From: Lepidodermella squamata
Lineage: Eukaryota > Animalia > Gastrotricha
Direction: 5' to 3'
Assembly (NCBI GenBank): GCA_047495785.1
Contig: JBLDXI010000015.1
Span: forward strand, 682,001 to 746,000
DNA length: 64,000 nucleotides
How positions within the stretch are numbered: the first letter of the stretch is position 1; each line of letters opens with the position of its first letter. Positions 50,310 through 63,406 of this stretch are shown one piece after another. The translations under genes and the position numbers were made by a program. Under the pieces are notes generated by a model. It did not search any database, was not told the DNA's origin, and was given only the letters and a program-made list of their open reading frames with translations.

Positions 50310-51365
50310 TAACTGCCGGATAGTGCCGAATTAGTGCCAAATCGGGGCTGAATCAGTGCTAAACATGTGCTAAATCAGTGCCAAATTGGTGCCAAATTGG
50401 TGCCGAATCAGTGCTGTATATGGTCCCGAATGAGAAAATAGACATTTTTAACTCAAATTGACTCTAATTGAGGCGACTTCGTAATTCAAACATTTACTAG
50501 AACACAGCGCCACAAAATGAATGAAAATAACTTTAAATTTCAATGATCAGGGATGAGTGCTGATCGGGGTAACTTCAAAAAATAACCGGCGACTAAACCA
50601 ATATCCTGCGACTAAATTTAAAAATATTTAGTAAAAGAAATAGAGAAATAAAAAGAAAATCACATTATGTAATTAATAATAATTTAGAAAAATATTTTTT
50701 CTGAAGGTAAGGCGCGAAGATTCATAGCCACGCAGGAAGAGTTGCCAGCGGCATTTCAACAGTTAAACGGCATTTCCAGACTTTGTCATCGGCTACAAAC
50801 TTAGTTTAGCAGTCAGTAGATGCCTAAATCGATTGTCTCTAACGCAGAATCAAGCGCTGAACACGAATATCTGGTCAGTTTTTCGATGGCGAACGAATTG
50901 AAAGATTGGCGAGGCTGGAACCGCCTGAACTGCAGTGCGCAAAACAGAATGTGTTGAGTGCGTCACAAAATTATTTGATGATGATGATGTTTTTTGCTTG
51001 AAATATACTCGAAATATTTGTTTTTGACACATTTTTGCAAAATGAAATCGTTTTTTATCACTTTCCATGAATGCAATAAAGTGCTTTTTGAGCGGAACTT
51101 AGTGCCGAAAGTGCGGACAGGCCTTGCCGAACGTACGGAAAGGTCCGGCCGAACGTGCGGATTGAGGGTGCCGAATGCCCCGAAAATTGTGCGGAAAGTG
51201 CGGAATTGATGTGCCGAAAGTGCGGAACAGGTTTGCGGAACGTCGTGCGGAATCGTTGCTGAATCGGTGCTGAACAGGTGCCAAAAGTGCCTAATAAAAG
51301 TGCCGAAAATCGGTGCAGAATGGTGCCCAATTTGGTGCCGGAAAATCCGAACTGGTATCGAAAAC
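50310..51365. repeat. two patches (~50310-50420, ~51090-51365) of degenerate 9-12-bp gtgccgaa(a/t) tandem repeats
   Basis: Repeated agtgccgaat/gtgccaaatt/gtgcggaa units; probably TE subterminal repeats. Confidence 0.65.
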
Positions 51366-52079
51366 GGTATGCGCGTAGCATAGCTGCGGGGCTACTACAT
51401 GTTATTCCTGTTGAACATCTGGAACGTCTTCTCGAGCAGTGAGAAGCATCTATTCTTGTCCGGCACGATCAATTAACAACTAGAGTGGTCAATTGCAGCC
51501 GAGAGCATGGAAGATTTTGATAATCGATGAGAGATTATCGCGAGCATACAGACCTTGTCTCCTCCAAGGAAAGAGTCTTTGGTCTTTAGGTCAATAGCCA
51601 GCGAACCCGAACGAACGATGAGATTCACGGTTGAGAAATTGTGCTAAATTCAGAGAAATCAAAGCCACACCCCACACCTTGAAAATCGAATCTCATACTT
51701 ATAGTCTTCATTTTTGCAAGTTGTCGACACTTAGCATTTGGTATCAGACATCATCGAAAGGTTATTCTGCTGGTAATTCCCGCCATGCAGTTCCTCCGAG
51801 ACCGCGGTTCACTTCCTCCCGGTGTAGGACGCCATTCACCGGCAAACAAGAGATGGCTACTGAAAGCCTGGGGACAATGGATCGATCAGCACTAATAGGG
51901 TCATGTATAGATGACTCTTGGGCCTCATATATGTGATGACATGTGATCCAAGTGCTAAAGTTTGAAAGGCGAATTGCGCATTGCGCAATAAAGTATAAGC
52001 AAAAGGTCCGCGAGATGAACTCAGCCAAAGACCAAAGAGGGACTTTTACGTCGATTTCCGTGATTTTCGTGATTTTCGT

Positions 52080-53784
52080 GCACAAATGCACGGGAATGCC
52101 ACGCATGCGGTGGGACCATCATCAGTGATGAGTTAATCCTTAGCGCAGCCCACTGTTTCTCCGATTCCACCGCAATGAGCGATCCGAAATACTGGCAGGT
52201 AATTGTTGGCAAGAATAACCTAAAAAAGATCTAGCCAGGACAGGAATAATACTTTCCAAGCTATATTTTCTTTCACGAAAATCACAATGAGCCAACGCAG
52301 AGGGCTAACGATATTGCCTTTGTGAAGCTATCGTCTGAGATCAAGTTCAATGACTACGTCCAACCAGCTTGTTTGCCGTTGCCATCAATCGGTAGTCTGG
52401 AAAATGAAACTGTAATAATCACAGGTGGTGGCAGTACTTACACGAACGGTCCTACTCCAGCTCTGTTACACCCTTGGGACTAATACCAAGTCTAATACCA
52501 AAGCCAAGTCCTGATTTTTAACAAATTTAAAACCGCGCGCAAAGATGCGGAGAAGTGGCTAGTGTCGAGTCCACATAGTATTAGTCCCAAGGGTGTAACA
52601 GAGCTGGAGTAGGACCGTTCGTGTAAGTACTGCCACCACCTGTGATTATTACAGTTTCATTTTCCAGACTACCGATTGATGGCAACGGCTTCTCTGCTGG
52701 ACAGGAAAAAATCAATAATTTTGATGCGAGAAAATCACACGAAAAAAATAAGTTTTTTACGCATCCGCCCGTTACAAAGCCATAACCGGGACAAGTTTCA
52801 CGAGAGAACTGTATGGGCAAGCCATGCCAATAGATACAGACTTAATTTTAAAGAATATCGATAGCTCAAGTCACCATCTTTGCAACAGTGCCAAGTTCAA
52901 AAGTTTATGACTTTGCTATGTTTTTCCTTTGAATTTTGTACAGAAGTTTTTCAATGAGTCATGAATATTCTCTCGTATTTATTTTTTTCTGAATAAATCA
53001 GCGTAAATGATTTGTATCTATTTATAGAAATGCTCACTCTTTCTGTTAGAAACATCATTTTAGCTAATAAAATTCAACTCCCAGCAGGTCACGGTTAAAA
53101 CCGTTGCAAAGGTCCTCTCTTGTAGAATTCAGTAATGTAAATTTCAACGCAATCCAATATAAAGGTAAGGCGTGATACGGTACCAACAGGACGAGACTCC
53201 AATTCTTCCCAATTTAATGGGCGCAGGCGTAAAAAAGGTTCGTAAAAAACGTCATTTTGCGATTTTTTTTCTCGCGATTTTTGAACGACTTTGCGACCAC
53301 GAATTTGTGGACTGTTTTTTGCGTCCAGCAGGATTTTAATGGAGAGATGCTAGCAGTGTCGCGTCCAGACAGTATTAGTCCCAACGTTACAGAAAGTTAG
53401 ACTACAGACAATGAAAAATTCGGATTGTAGCGGAATTTACACAAGCGTGACCATAACGGATGTTTTGCGTTGGTGGGTTGCCAACTGGCGGGAAAGGAGC
53501 TTGTGCTGGTGATTCTGGTGGGCCAATGGTCATCGAGGTCGATGGTTGTCGTTGGAGCTGATTTCTTGGGACCTAGACCGTGTGGTAACGCGAATAAGCC
53601 AGATGTCTATATGCGAGTATCTGAATATTTAGACTGGATTAATTCGAAAAGCGTACTCACAACTGAACCGAACCCGGCGCCGACACCTCGAACGACACCT
53701 GAAAACTCGGCCGAGAGCAAAATTGCCAATATTTTGGTTCTAGTTTTCGCTGCCGCGCTTCATGTCCTACATTGTTTTGCATAG
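52080..53784 (+). pseudogene. trypsin-like (S1A) serine protease pseudogene with hydrophobic, GPI-like C-terminus
   Basis: HACGGTIIS...LSAAHCF, NDIAFVKL, VQPACLP, ACAGDSGGPM, PDVYMRVSEYLDWI; in-frame stops, frameshifts and a ~0.9-kb insertion (52474-53383). Confidence 0.9.
52375..52689. repeat. perfect 112-bp inverted duplication (52375-52486 / 52578-52689)
   Basis: Protease coding sequence plus the ttgggactaatac terminus is mirrored exactly. Confidence 0.95.
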
Positions 53785-54685
53785 GTGGTGTTTTGCATAG
53801 TGAACTCAGTGATGAATCGCAGCCGTGTTTTTTCTTGGCTTGTTATGTGGTGATGGTGGGGCGGTCGGGAGGTCGGGAGGTCGGTTACTTTATAGCTGAT
53901 TAATTAGATGGAGATGGATGAAAAATAATAGCAAAAACTACTACCACAACAAAATTCACCACCTCACGACCGTACCCATCGATCAGCAAAAAAAAATGGA
54001 CTTCGACCCAGCAAACCCGGCCTACAATGTATGATGAATAAAAAATCGTTATACATATGATTATATTTCAGTGAAATTAAGAAAGAAAGATAGTAAAAAT
54101 AGCTTATTTTCATCCTTCATCCCGTCGTTGCTTCCATGTTTCGTCAAAGCTGCAGTAATACTGAGCTTATAACTCAAAATCAGCGTAGAAGACATTTTGC
54201 CGAAAGGGGGATATAGGTAAGGGTCCCCCCTTATATCGCTCAAGTTTCCGCAAGGGTCAGAGAAAACATGATAAGGGTCCCCCGTCCCCGCCATCTTCGA
54301 GACTGCTCATAATATATATCGCTGGGATTACTGAAAATCTTCGAAACAATGTAGAAAATTTGTATAGGTAAGGGCCTTCGCCTTCCCCTTACATCGCTCA
54401 TGTTTCCGCAGGGGCCAGGAAAAAATATAAGTGTCCCCCTGTTGTTAGGTTTCGAACCCTCCGAAGCAGGACAGTGGAGGGGAAGTTTCGCTAAAACAGA
54501 GGACCAACTCGGGGGTCCGTATCCACCGGCCCCACCACTCTGGTATTCCAGTATTCCACTCTGTTAGTTTATGATACAGGCACAATCATATCATATCTCT
54601 CTATTATAATTCTCTATGCTCTATGGCTAGCGCATTGGAAGTGTTCTTGTTTTAGTTTTATCGCTTTTTTGGCTCGGTGGTAGAG

Positions 54686-54869
54686 CAGGGGCGTAACTAA
54701 GGGGGGGGGGGGCCAGGGGGGGCACCGGCCCCACCAGCTGGAAAAATACCCTCAGGGTACCACAGGGGGGACCCTTTGGTCTGAAAAATTCGGGGCCGCA
54801 AATACGTAGAAAAGATGTGCTGGCCCCAAGGCTGGCCCCACCAGTTTGGTTGACCTAGTTACGCCGCTG
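54686..54869. mobile_element. hAT MITE
   Basis: TIR caggggcgtaacta / tagttacgccgctg; 8-bp TSD tggtagag; terminus matches the hAT remnant at 33838. Confidence 0.9.
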
Positions 54870-55345
54870 TGGTAGAGTTAGGGAGAACAGGGGAGCATGT
54901 GGTTAAATGGCTAAGCTATGCTTTCTCGGAAGGTCAGTTGTTCGCCTTAAGTCACGGCCGGCGTGTAACTGAGCAGAGCACTTAGCTCCTTCTGCGCCTG
55001 CTGAGTTGCATCAATACTCCCGGTCATCGATTCTTCCGCCGGGTCACCCAATCATCTCGGTCAGCACTCTCGAACGCTGAGACGCGGACAGAATACTTGC
55101 TGATCGGCGACATCCCACATTCATGAGACGTAGCGAGGACGCCGCAGCTGGGTTGTTTACGAGAAAAAAAGTGTTGGCAGAGATAATTAGGGTCAAAGGT
55201 CACTTTTTGAAAATACTGAGATGAATCACCTCATTAAATTGTCGCGCTCTTTTCATTTTTTTTTTATGTTTTCCATAAAAGATCCCTTGATTCAGGCGCA
55301 ATAAATCGATATTCATAGCAACACAATCTAAAAAGTGAAATCAAC

Positions 55346-56377
55346 CAGGGCTGCAAAACATGCTCAACTTCCCGCGCACCGATTTAAATTTCCCGCTAAA
55401 CCCGCTCGCTCGCGGTGTATTCCGTTTTGTATTTACATAACAATAAACAGTAACCTCTTATTTGGTTTTAGTGCTCATTTTATTCGTCTGCCGGCTCATT
55501 GTGTGAGCATGAGAACTGCGAATTTACCACGACTTCGTGTTTCGAGCGATTTTACAGGAGACTATTGGTGATATTTTACTAAAATTTGTGTGTGCTCGCG
55601 TTACTGTGAATCATAAATTCATTACTTCAAGTTTTAGGACTCAGTTTTCGTAGGCCAACCGACGCGCGCGCTTAGGATAAATGATTCTCTGATCGCACAA
55701 ACCTGGCTTAAAAAGACAAAAATCAAGTTTTTGACGGTGAGGAATTTCACGAAACAAATTAGATATTCGGATTCGGCGTAAAAACTTAGGCAACTGTGCA
55801 AATTTGCGCACGATTATCTTCCAAAATGAAGAAGAAATGCGGTAGAAAAGTTTAACTGTGTGTGTGCGCGCGCGCGCCTAATAAACAGCGCTTGTGCTCT
55901 CAAATCTGCGCTCTGCAAGGCGAAAGGTGTAGTAAATGCGCGAGGTTGTGCGCGCGCAGCAACGCACACACACACACACACCACACACACACACACACGC
56001 GCGCACGCAATGACGAAATTAAGTTTTATTCCCCAATATATTCCCCATTTTTAATCGTAGTCGCGCGCAGATACGTTAACTAGCTCAACTTTTTACGCTG
56101 AATCCGAATATCTAATTTGTTTTGTGAAATTCCTCACCGTCAAAAACTTGATTTTTTCATATTATTCGCGATAAATGAATAAGTTTAGCATTTCCCCCGA
56201 TTTCAAATATTCCATTGCCCAGAAAAATACAGCTGAACGTTGATTTTCCCAGGGAAATTGTATTTTCCAATTCTTCCCGGTAATGTTTTCTCCACATTTC
56301 CCGGTGATTTTTTGAATTTCCCAAGGCGAAATTTCCCGCGCACCCAGTGCGCCATTTTTGCATGTTTTCCAGCCCTG
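55346..56377. mobile_element. hAT non-autonomous element containing a nested long-TIR element
   Basis: TIR cagggctgcaaaacatgc / gcatgttttccagccctg; 8-bp TSD aaatcaac. Confidence 0.88.
55718..56156. mobile_element. nested foldback/MITE with ~65-bp TIRs and a (CA)n interior
   Basis: aaaaatcaagtttttgacggtgaggaatttcac.aaacaaattagatattcggattc.gcgtaaaa mirrored at both ends. Confidence 0.8.
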
Positions 56378-58449
56378 AAATCAACATTAGTTTCGAGCCA
56401 TTAATTTTCTAAATCGATTAATAAGGCATGAAACTAAAATCAATGGATGTAATGAAGAAGCTTGCTTTCCAAATTTACTTGGAGGGAGTCATTGAAGAAA
56501 TTCCTAAACATTAAACATTGTTTATCTTAGTTAGTAGAGCATATAGTTAGACAAGTAGTTAGAGCATACACGGAGAATGCTTGCTGTAAATCATGCTGGA
56601 AAAAGCAGGCTGAAAAAAGGAAAAAAGACTGAGATTTGAAAAATCTGACAAAATGAGATGCTGATCAGATCCAGCACATATCTCAATTTTTCATTCCAGT
56701 TTCAACCGCCAGTAATTTGGCCGAAAATGAGCAATCAAGTTCCCGGTGAAAGTCCTATAGCCGAAAGCGTTGAAAATTTCGACTGAAAAACATTTCCTGC
56801 TGGATTGTTTAAGAGATGAACTTATCTTGCGTCATTACGCAACAGATGCAGCATAATCGCGAAGTGAAATAAAACAAATCAATGGAGTAATTCATGCAGC
56901 TTGTTTGAGTAGCTTTTTGTCTCAAGAAAGTAGTTTGCTAAGCTCTACATCTCATTGTTCAAGTCTCTCGATCTCTGAGTTCCGACTTGGAACTTGGAAC
57001 CTGATTCTAGCTTTGTAACCATCGACGCCTACGATTTTTAAAACCTTTTGAAATTTCAACTTAATATTTTTTAAATTTCAGGGATTAATAAAATAATTAT
57101 TTTTATTAAACCCTGAAAATTTAATTTTTACAAAAGGGAAATTATCCAGAATATTCAAGCATGCATAACGACAACACGTCAGTTAGTATGGCGGGATTCA
57201 AGCTTCGGCGTCCTAGCTACGTCTCATGCCCACATTGTAACTTAAATGTTGGAGCATGTATGGAGTACTGAGGTACTGAGGTACACCAAAAATACTGGCT
57301 TGAACACCAATCGAGGTCTTAGTAAAACACTTTTGCTGGGTCTACAGTCTACATTATCCAGCTTCGCTCCATGGGTGCACCTGGGACCTCCTTGTACGCT
57401 TTCTCGCCAGCCCTCGGTTTGGCTCGAACCACGAGGCACCACCAGGTGTGACCACCAAGTGTATGGTAAGACAAAAAATTCAAATAGAGCTTTGCAGCAA
57501 TATAGATAACGTGCCTCCGCCCTTTCTTATCAAAGTATGTAGCAGCTATGCAATGCATCCATCATCTATAAAGTATTGCTGGTCGATTCTGAAAATTGTA
57601 TGATTGGGCTCATTCACGCCTCATGCGATACTTGATGCTGCGTAAGGCAGCTTTGGAAGTTTGGCGGGCGTGAACCTGACAGCGCTGAAGCGCCGGCTAA
57701 AGCCTTGCGGTCACAGCGTGCGTCAATTGCTTTGAGAATGTTGCCATCCGTCGGCATTCGTAGGCCGCTACGAAGACCCTTTTTATGGGCACTGCTCAGT
57801 CAGGTAGCCCCTATGTTGATTTTTGTGTTAACCCTACCCGTTCCGCGGTCCTACTTTCTGATATTTTTAAACGTGACAATATTTTGATCCAAATTACATG
57901 AAACAGAGCGCAAAACCCGGCGTTTCTATTCCGTGATGAAGGTCGTAGTCTTGTAAATGCTGCAAAAATTGATTTTCACATGAGTTTTGCGAATTAGATG
58001 TTTTTACTGATCGCTGCTAATGAGGTTATTTTTGACACTGTGACCTTGGGACCTCATAAAAAGTAACGAGAAAATCAGTCGTTTTATTCAAGCCCCGTCG
58101 TTTTAGTACGTCTCGTGATGACAGCCTGTATGATGGCTGCGGCCTCAGCCTATCGATTATCGATCTCTCTGGCTACAATTGGCTTACACTGATATCCCAT
58201 GGCCCAGAAGTCGAATCACACACTCTGTTTTTAAGTCCGGGTCGGTGCCCATCGCAAGGTCGAGCTCAAGCTAACGTTGACGCAAAGTCACATCGTTATT
58301 CATCACAGTAAGGATTTCGTTTTTCGACGTGTCCTAAATTCTGAACCTGCCCAGCAGTTATATGTCTTTTCAATAACTCTGAGCTGCCCTTTGGCGTAAA
58401 CGCTTTTAAATAAACAACAAAGAAATAACAAAGAAAATAAGGAGATATC

Positions 58450-60160
58450 AGGGTTGTCAAATGGGTCAGTAGCTCGTCGGCTAGATCAATCGAAGGTGGA
58501 AGATAGTGCCGTCAGGAAGCGTCATGGCGCCGCTCACAGGTTGCTCCTGGTACCGGCCAATCTCCCAAACCTTCTGGTAGCCAAGTTATGCAGAGAGCGC
58601 CTCAACCACCTGCAGATTGGCCACGTCGAGACTAATACCGTCGAATACCGTCGGGCATTGCGGAACAGCATTAGCTTCGATTTCCAGAAGGTGCGCAGTA
58701 GCCCGAAAACCGAGGAGTAGTGGGATTTCGAACTGAGCGGAATTGCTGAAGTTGCCAGTGCTGAACCGGTAACCGACTTCACCCACAGGTCAAGCGTAGA
58801 CAGACTAGCAGTTCGTAGGTCGATGTGCGTCGCACCAGACCGCTGCATTGTTGATCCAAGCCGATTTGCGACATGATGAAGCATGTATCCATTATTAGAG
58901 TTCCCACAGGTCTGCATCGCCCCGGGCAGATATTTCGCATTCGGCCGGCAAAATGCACGTGCTGCGGCAAGCAATCGCTTCGTCATATTCGTGTTCTACA
59001 ATTCGCAATCAGACGACCGCAATCAAGTCCAAATTAGACGGACGAGGAAAATATCCGGTGACGATTCGAAAGACGGCAGCTCAAGAATCAGGGACAATGT
59101 CAAAAACATCCATTCACCGCACTTGCGACCCACCATTGCCAGTTTTAGCTATCTAAGGTTCGTTCGGAGCCTACTCCCCATCCCACCTGAACGGCGAAGT
59201 GGTAATAGAATGTATATACAGAAGAAAAATAGAACTAATAAGTTGTGGTAGAAAACCCAATTCAGATAAATACGTAATTTTAACTGGCTTGCCATTGGGG
59301 CCTTCAAAGTTCCATCCGCAGTCGCCTACGTAGCAGTATGAGGTGCCGTACATTGGCTGGTCGCTGCCGCCTCTGGGAATTCATAGCGTAATTAGGATAG
59401 GTGAGCCAACTTGCTGGCAGCAAGTCAGGCAGCCTGTATAGCGCGATCAGTTGCAACTGCGTCGGGCAAGGCGCGCAGTCTTACAGCATCATAGAAGAAT
59501 TGCTGGCAACAACGGCACGGCGCCGCGGCGGGGAACCTCAGCTGTGTGACGACGGTTGCGACCCGGCGTCAAGTGTAACGGCTTGTTACCTCCACGACAA
59601 CCCCTTGCAACCACGGCTAATTTGCGCAGCCTTTAAGCAGGTTGGGACAGTTACAGCAGTGAGCTTCATCGAGGGTGCTTCTCAGCGAGTTGGCCACACT
59701 TGACGGGGTACCAAGTACCAGGCAGGCAGACGATGGGAACATGTCAATAGTGGGGGCTGTTGGTGATATTTCGGAGTGAATACACAGATCAGCAACAGAT
59801 CTGCAGGCCGATAGACGGGAGGTTAGCACAATACAGTGTTCTCCCATCTCAGCGAAGGGCAGTGGACTAGTCGGATCCGGCTCACCGGGGGCGATGAACA
59901 CAGTAGTCTTCGCAAGTTTCAAGAGATAATCTGCAGCGTCCCCGTCGACGAGCCAAGGGCTATGAGAGGATGGGGGTAGTTGCGGATTATTGACCAGTGG
60001 GGATGAGACGACATTTTGAGCATGGGAACATCGCCTTCGGTCTCCATACGGTCGTCGTAGGACGAGACATCGGCGCTGCGATGCGACAAGATGAGCGAAG
60101 GCAGTAGCCTCGCGGTCCCCCACATCGATTTTTGCGCCATTCGCACCCAGAGCACCCACG
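58450..60160 (-). pseudogene. unidentified decayed, apparently intronless ORF in a GC-richer island
   Basis: The 180-aa ORF continues in frame through scattered stops (PWLQGVVVEVTSRYT*RRVATVVTQLRFPAA...); no motif recognised. Confidence 0.3.
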
Positions 60161-61805
60161 AGTAAAAAGGCGCAACAAACGGAACAGTTTATTTTCTATT
60201 ATTTGAAGGAAAAAGACAGATTATATTAATTTCAACCTAAAAAGCTTGCTGTCGCTACTTACCCATCATCTATACCCTCAATCGAATGAGCAGCCGGAAT
60301 CCCCGCAATGCCCTTGTTTCCAGAATAAATATCGTTGCTGAGTTCACGAGGCTGCTGCTGCCATGAGCTTGGTTGTCGTGGCTATTTTCGGTTATCAGAG
60401 AATCGGAATTGAAGAATTGCGTCGATGGGCAACGACATTTCGAATGAGCAGCCGGAATCCCCATAATGCCCTTGGTCCCAGATTAAACATCGTATAAACC
60501 GAAGGCTAGAACTTGGCCATTTTGCTGTTTTTGGGCCATGCCTTCGGTGTAAAAGAATCAACAAAGAAAGTTTGCTAAAAGTTTCTGTTGCTTATCCCCA
60601 CTGAGAGGATAGGGCGCGAACACCAGCATATATTGAGAACTGGCGCAGAGGAATGAGCAGAAAAAAGGATTAAGGAAATATATTACAGATCTAACTTGGC
60701 AAATGTAGCAGGCGAACGCTTGTTTTCGACTGAAAACGCTTTGTAAAATGCTCTAACATCAAAATGAGAGAAAAGATAAATAATATGTATTTGATGAGTC
60801 AAGGCATAACAAATGGCCTGCTTTTTCGAATAAGCTTCAAGTGAATATAGACCGATTAACTACCGCTAAACTATTTATATGCAGGTAAGAAAGAAAATTG
60901 ATGAGCGCATCGCCGGTTTTATGTTATACACTTACTAATTATTTATTATTGCCCTTTTATTATTGCTGCTTATGTTTTTTTCATCTCCTTCTGATTCGCT
61001 ACGATTTTAAAGTTGCTGTCCTGCGCCATTTTTATTTTCGCACTCATTGCATAAATAGCGCCACCATGCAATAATTTAAGATTACCTAATAATAATCGGT
61101 ATAACAGGTTACTGGAGCCATTAAGCGGCCGGCTACATCATCAAAACAACACGCTAAGTTGGCCGCATCTACTGCTTAAGTTCAGTATCAATAGCGTATT
61201 AACCACTGATTACAGTGAACGCGCAAAAATAGTAGTAGCTGATGGCTTTGTTCAATTTAACTTCGATGTGAGAGCATCATAACAAAGCTTGATGTTAATA
61301 CGCTTAATGGCTTATCCTGAGATAATTGGTCTTTAAACAATCATAGGGAATAAAAAATTGTTATTGTCAACATTCTTGCTACAGTGCTATTACCCGGTAT
61401 AAGAAACGCTCGGTGCATTTTAAATGTAAAACATGATATCAAATAATGATTTGATAGGAAGTATAATTTCGACTGATGGTAAGATGAACGAAAGAGATAA
61501 ACTATTCGATACTTTATAGGTATACTAATAATCTTTGATTTAACTGAACCTTTTAACTGAAAATTTTAATTTCAAGGTCAGCAGCTTCTACATACCTATT
61601 ACCAACGATTTTTCGGTTGGAAATCTTCAAATTTCCCAAACTTTTGACATTGTTTGTCTATAGCAAGCCATAGTCTATTGCAAATATAGCATTATGTTCA
61701 AATTTTTCGCTTTGAGTGAGCGATTCATATTTTTTCATGTTTCAAATATCGCGACTTCCGCGCCAGAACAGTGTGCCGGAAATAGAAACAAATGGCGTCA
61801 TGAAT

Positions 61806-62045
61806 GGGTCACACGGTAGTTCAGTGGATAGCTGTCTGCTGTGTATTGAGTGTCAAGATCGATGGGCACGAGTTCGATCCTCACCCGGGTCGACCGTGGT
61901 TTATCAACGACGCTCTACCCCGACGGTGGCCGACCACTCCATCGTGTTACAAAAGTGGAAATTGGTAGATTAGGAGTGTCAGCGAGATTGCACTAATCGC
62001 TACCGAGCTGTCCCCAAGAGACCCCAACAAGCGACCCTAAGAGCG
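61806..62045 (+). mobile_element. tRNA-derived SINE-like element
   Basis: Pol III A-box tagttcagtgg and B-box gagttcgatcc at tRNA-like spacing but no clean cloverleaf; 3' end uncertain. Confidence 0.5.
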
Positions 62046-62864
62046 CTCATTCGGGACGCATGGCTTCGGCCCATCTATTCAACGAATCATCAAAAACAAA
62101 AATAAAAAGGAATTTTTGAATTTTCGAATGGAAAGCCTTTCTTTGAAGATTCTTTAAGATGGATTCTTTATTTTCTGATATTTGTGCGCTGCCTGTATTT
62201 TCGAGTAGCACGAAGTATAGATCGAGGAAAACGAATGAAAAGACTGAAATCAAGTCGAAGCGAGCCTTTAGGCGAGTGGAGACGAGATATCACTAGTTGA
62301 ATGGGTTTTGCGAGATCTATGCGAGTGCTACTCGAAAATATAGACTCCTACTCATACTATATCATACAATATATACATAAAAGCATAAAAACGAATTAAA
62401 GCAAAAATCGACTAATTTCACATAAAAATCAAATAGTAAATGACGTTTCAACTGGCGTTTCGAGCTTGATCTAAGCCCAGGTCGTCGATCATTTCGCGTA
62501 GCATTTGCCGACTGTAGCCAAGTAATGAGCTTTGGTTCTGCGGGGTTTCAATTTTCTGAGAAAATCTAGATAGATTTCTAAAAGCCAGTTCGATAGGTAT
62601 CGTGAGAAGCATTTTTCGGTGCGGAAAAGTGTCACGATGAGATGCATTACGTGAGGCAATTCGAGCTGAAACCATTTCAGAGCAGTTCTTTTCTTGACTA
62701 TGCGAGATACATTTGTACCAAGTTATTGAAATTATGCGCAATCGACTTACTCTCCACAGGTGCGCAACCACCAAAGCGCTGATTCCATTATCCCGTACAA
62801 CTTGTTCCAACTGTAGAACTTCAGACCGTAATATTCGGCTTAGCTGTAAGCCTTTGCATGTATA

Positions 62865-63311
62865 CCGTATTTTACGAATTATTAGGCAGGACCCAATTAT
62901 AGGGCAGAACCGGAATAAAGGGCAGAGGGTAATGGTCATTTGAAACAATAAAGGGCAGAACCGTATTAATAAGCAGGGCCTTGTATGAAGTGGCTTACAT
63001 GAGCGCCTGCTGAGTGAGTGGTTAGAGTTGGATGGGTTGAGATTTTTCGTCAATAAGTGCAAAAATCGCCCTTTATCCACATTAATCCTCTTGAGCAAAC
63101 ACTTTACGCGTGTAGCCATAGGTGGAGGGCAGTAGCTATAGTGGTTATTCGGCGGATTTCACTGTTGATCTAGGTACTCTTCGGGTGACTGATCAGGTTC
63201 GAAAAAATAAAAGGCAGAGCCGAAATAAAGGGCAGACCCTAAATACAGGACAGGACTTGAACCTCGTTTGAAAAAAATACTGGGCAGGGTCTTATAATTC
63301 GTAAAATACGG
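62865..63311. mobile_element. non-autonomous derivative (MITE) of the pogo element at 7776-9621
   Basis: Same TIRs with TA flanks; first ~100 bp and last ~100 bp match the autonomous copy; unrelated interior. Confidence 0.93.
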
Positions 63312-63324
63312 TAACTTTGTTAAT

Positions 63325-63406
63325 ATATATCCATTATTCATCATCATCACACAGAAATTCCAAAGATATATCCATTATTCATCATCATCACACAGAAATT
63401 CCAAAG
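63325..63406. repeat. 41-bp perfect tandem duplication
   Basis: atatatccattattcatcatcatcacacagaaattccaaag x2. Confidence 0.85.

Noticed and set aside
50310-51365. CRISPR-like repeat array
   Set aside because: Units are 9-12 bp, degenerate and adjacent without unique spacers; eukaryotic context and no cas genes.
55814-56083. ORFs with THTHT/CVCV runs
   Set aside because: (CA)n microsatellite inside a nested element.
61806-61892. Functional tRNA gene
   Set aside because: A/B boxes are present but no convincing acceptor/anticodon stems; treated as SINE-like.
62448-63119. 223-aa minus-strand ORF
   Set aside because: Runs across the pogo MITE boundary; no recognisable motif; likely chance.
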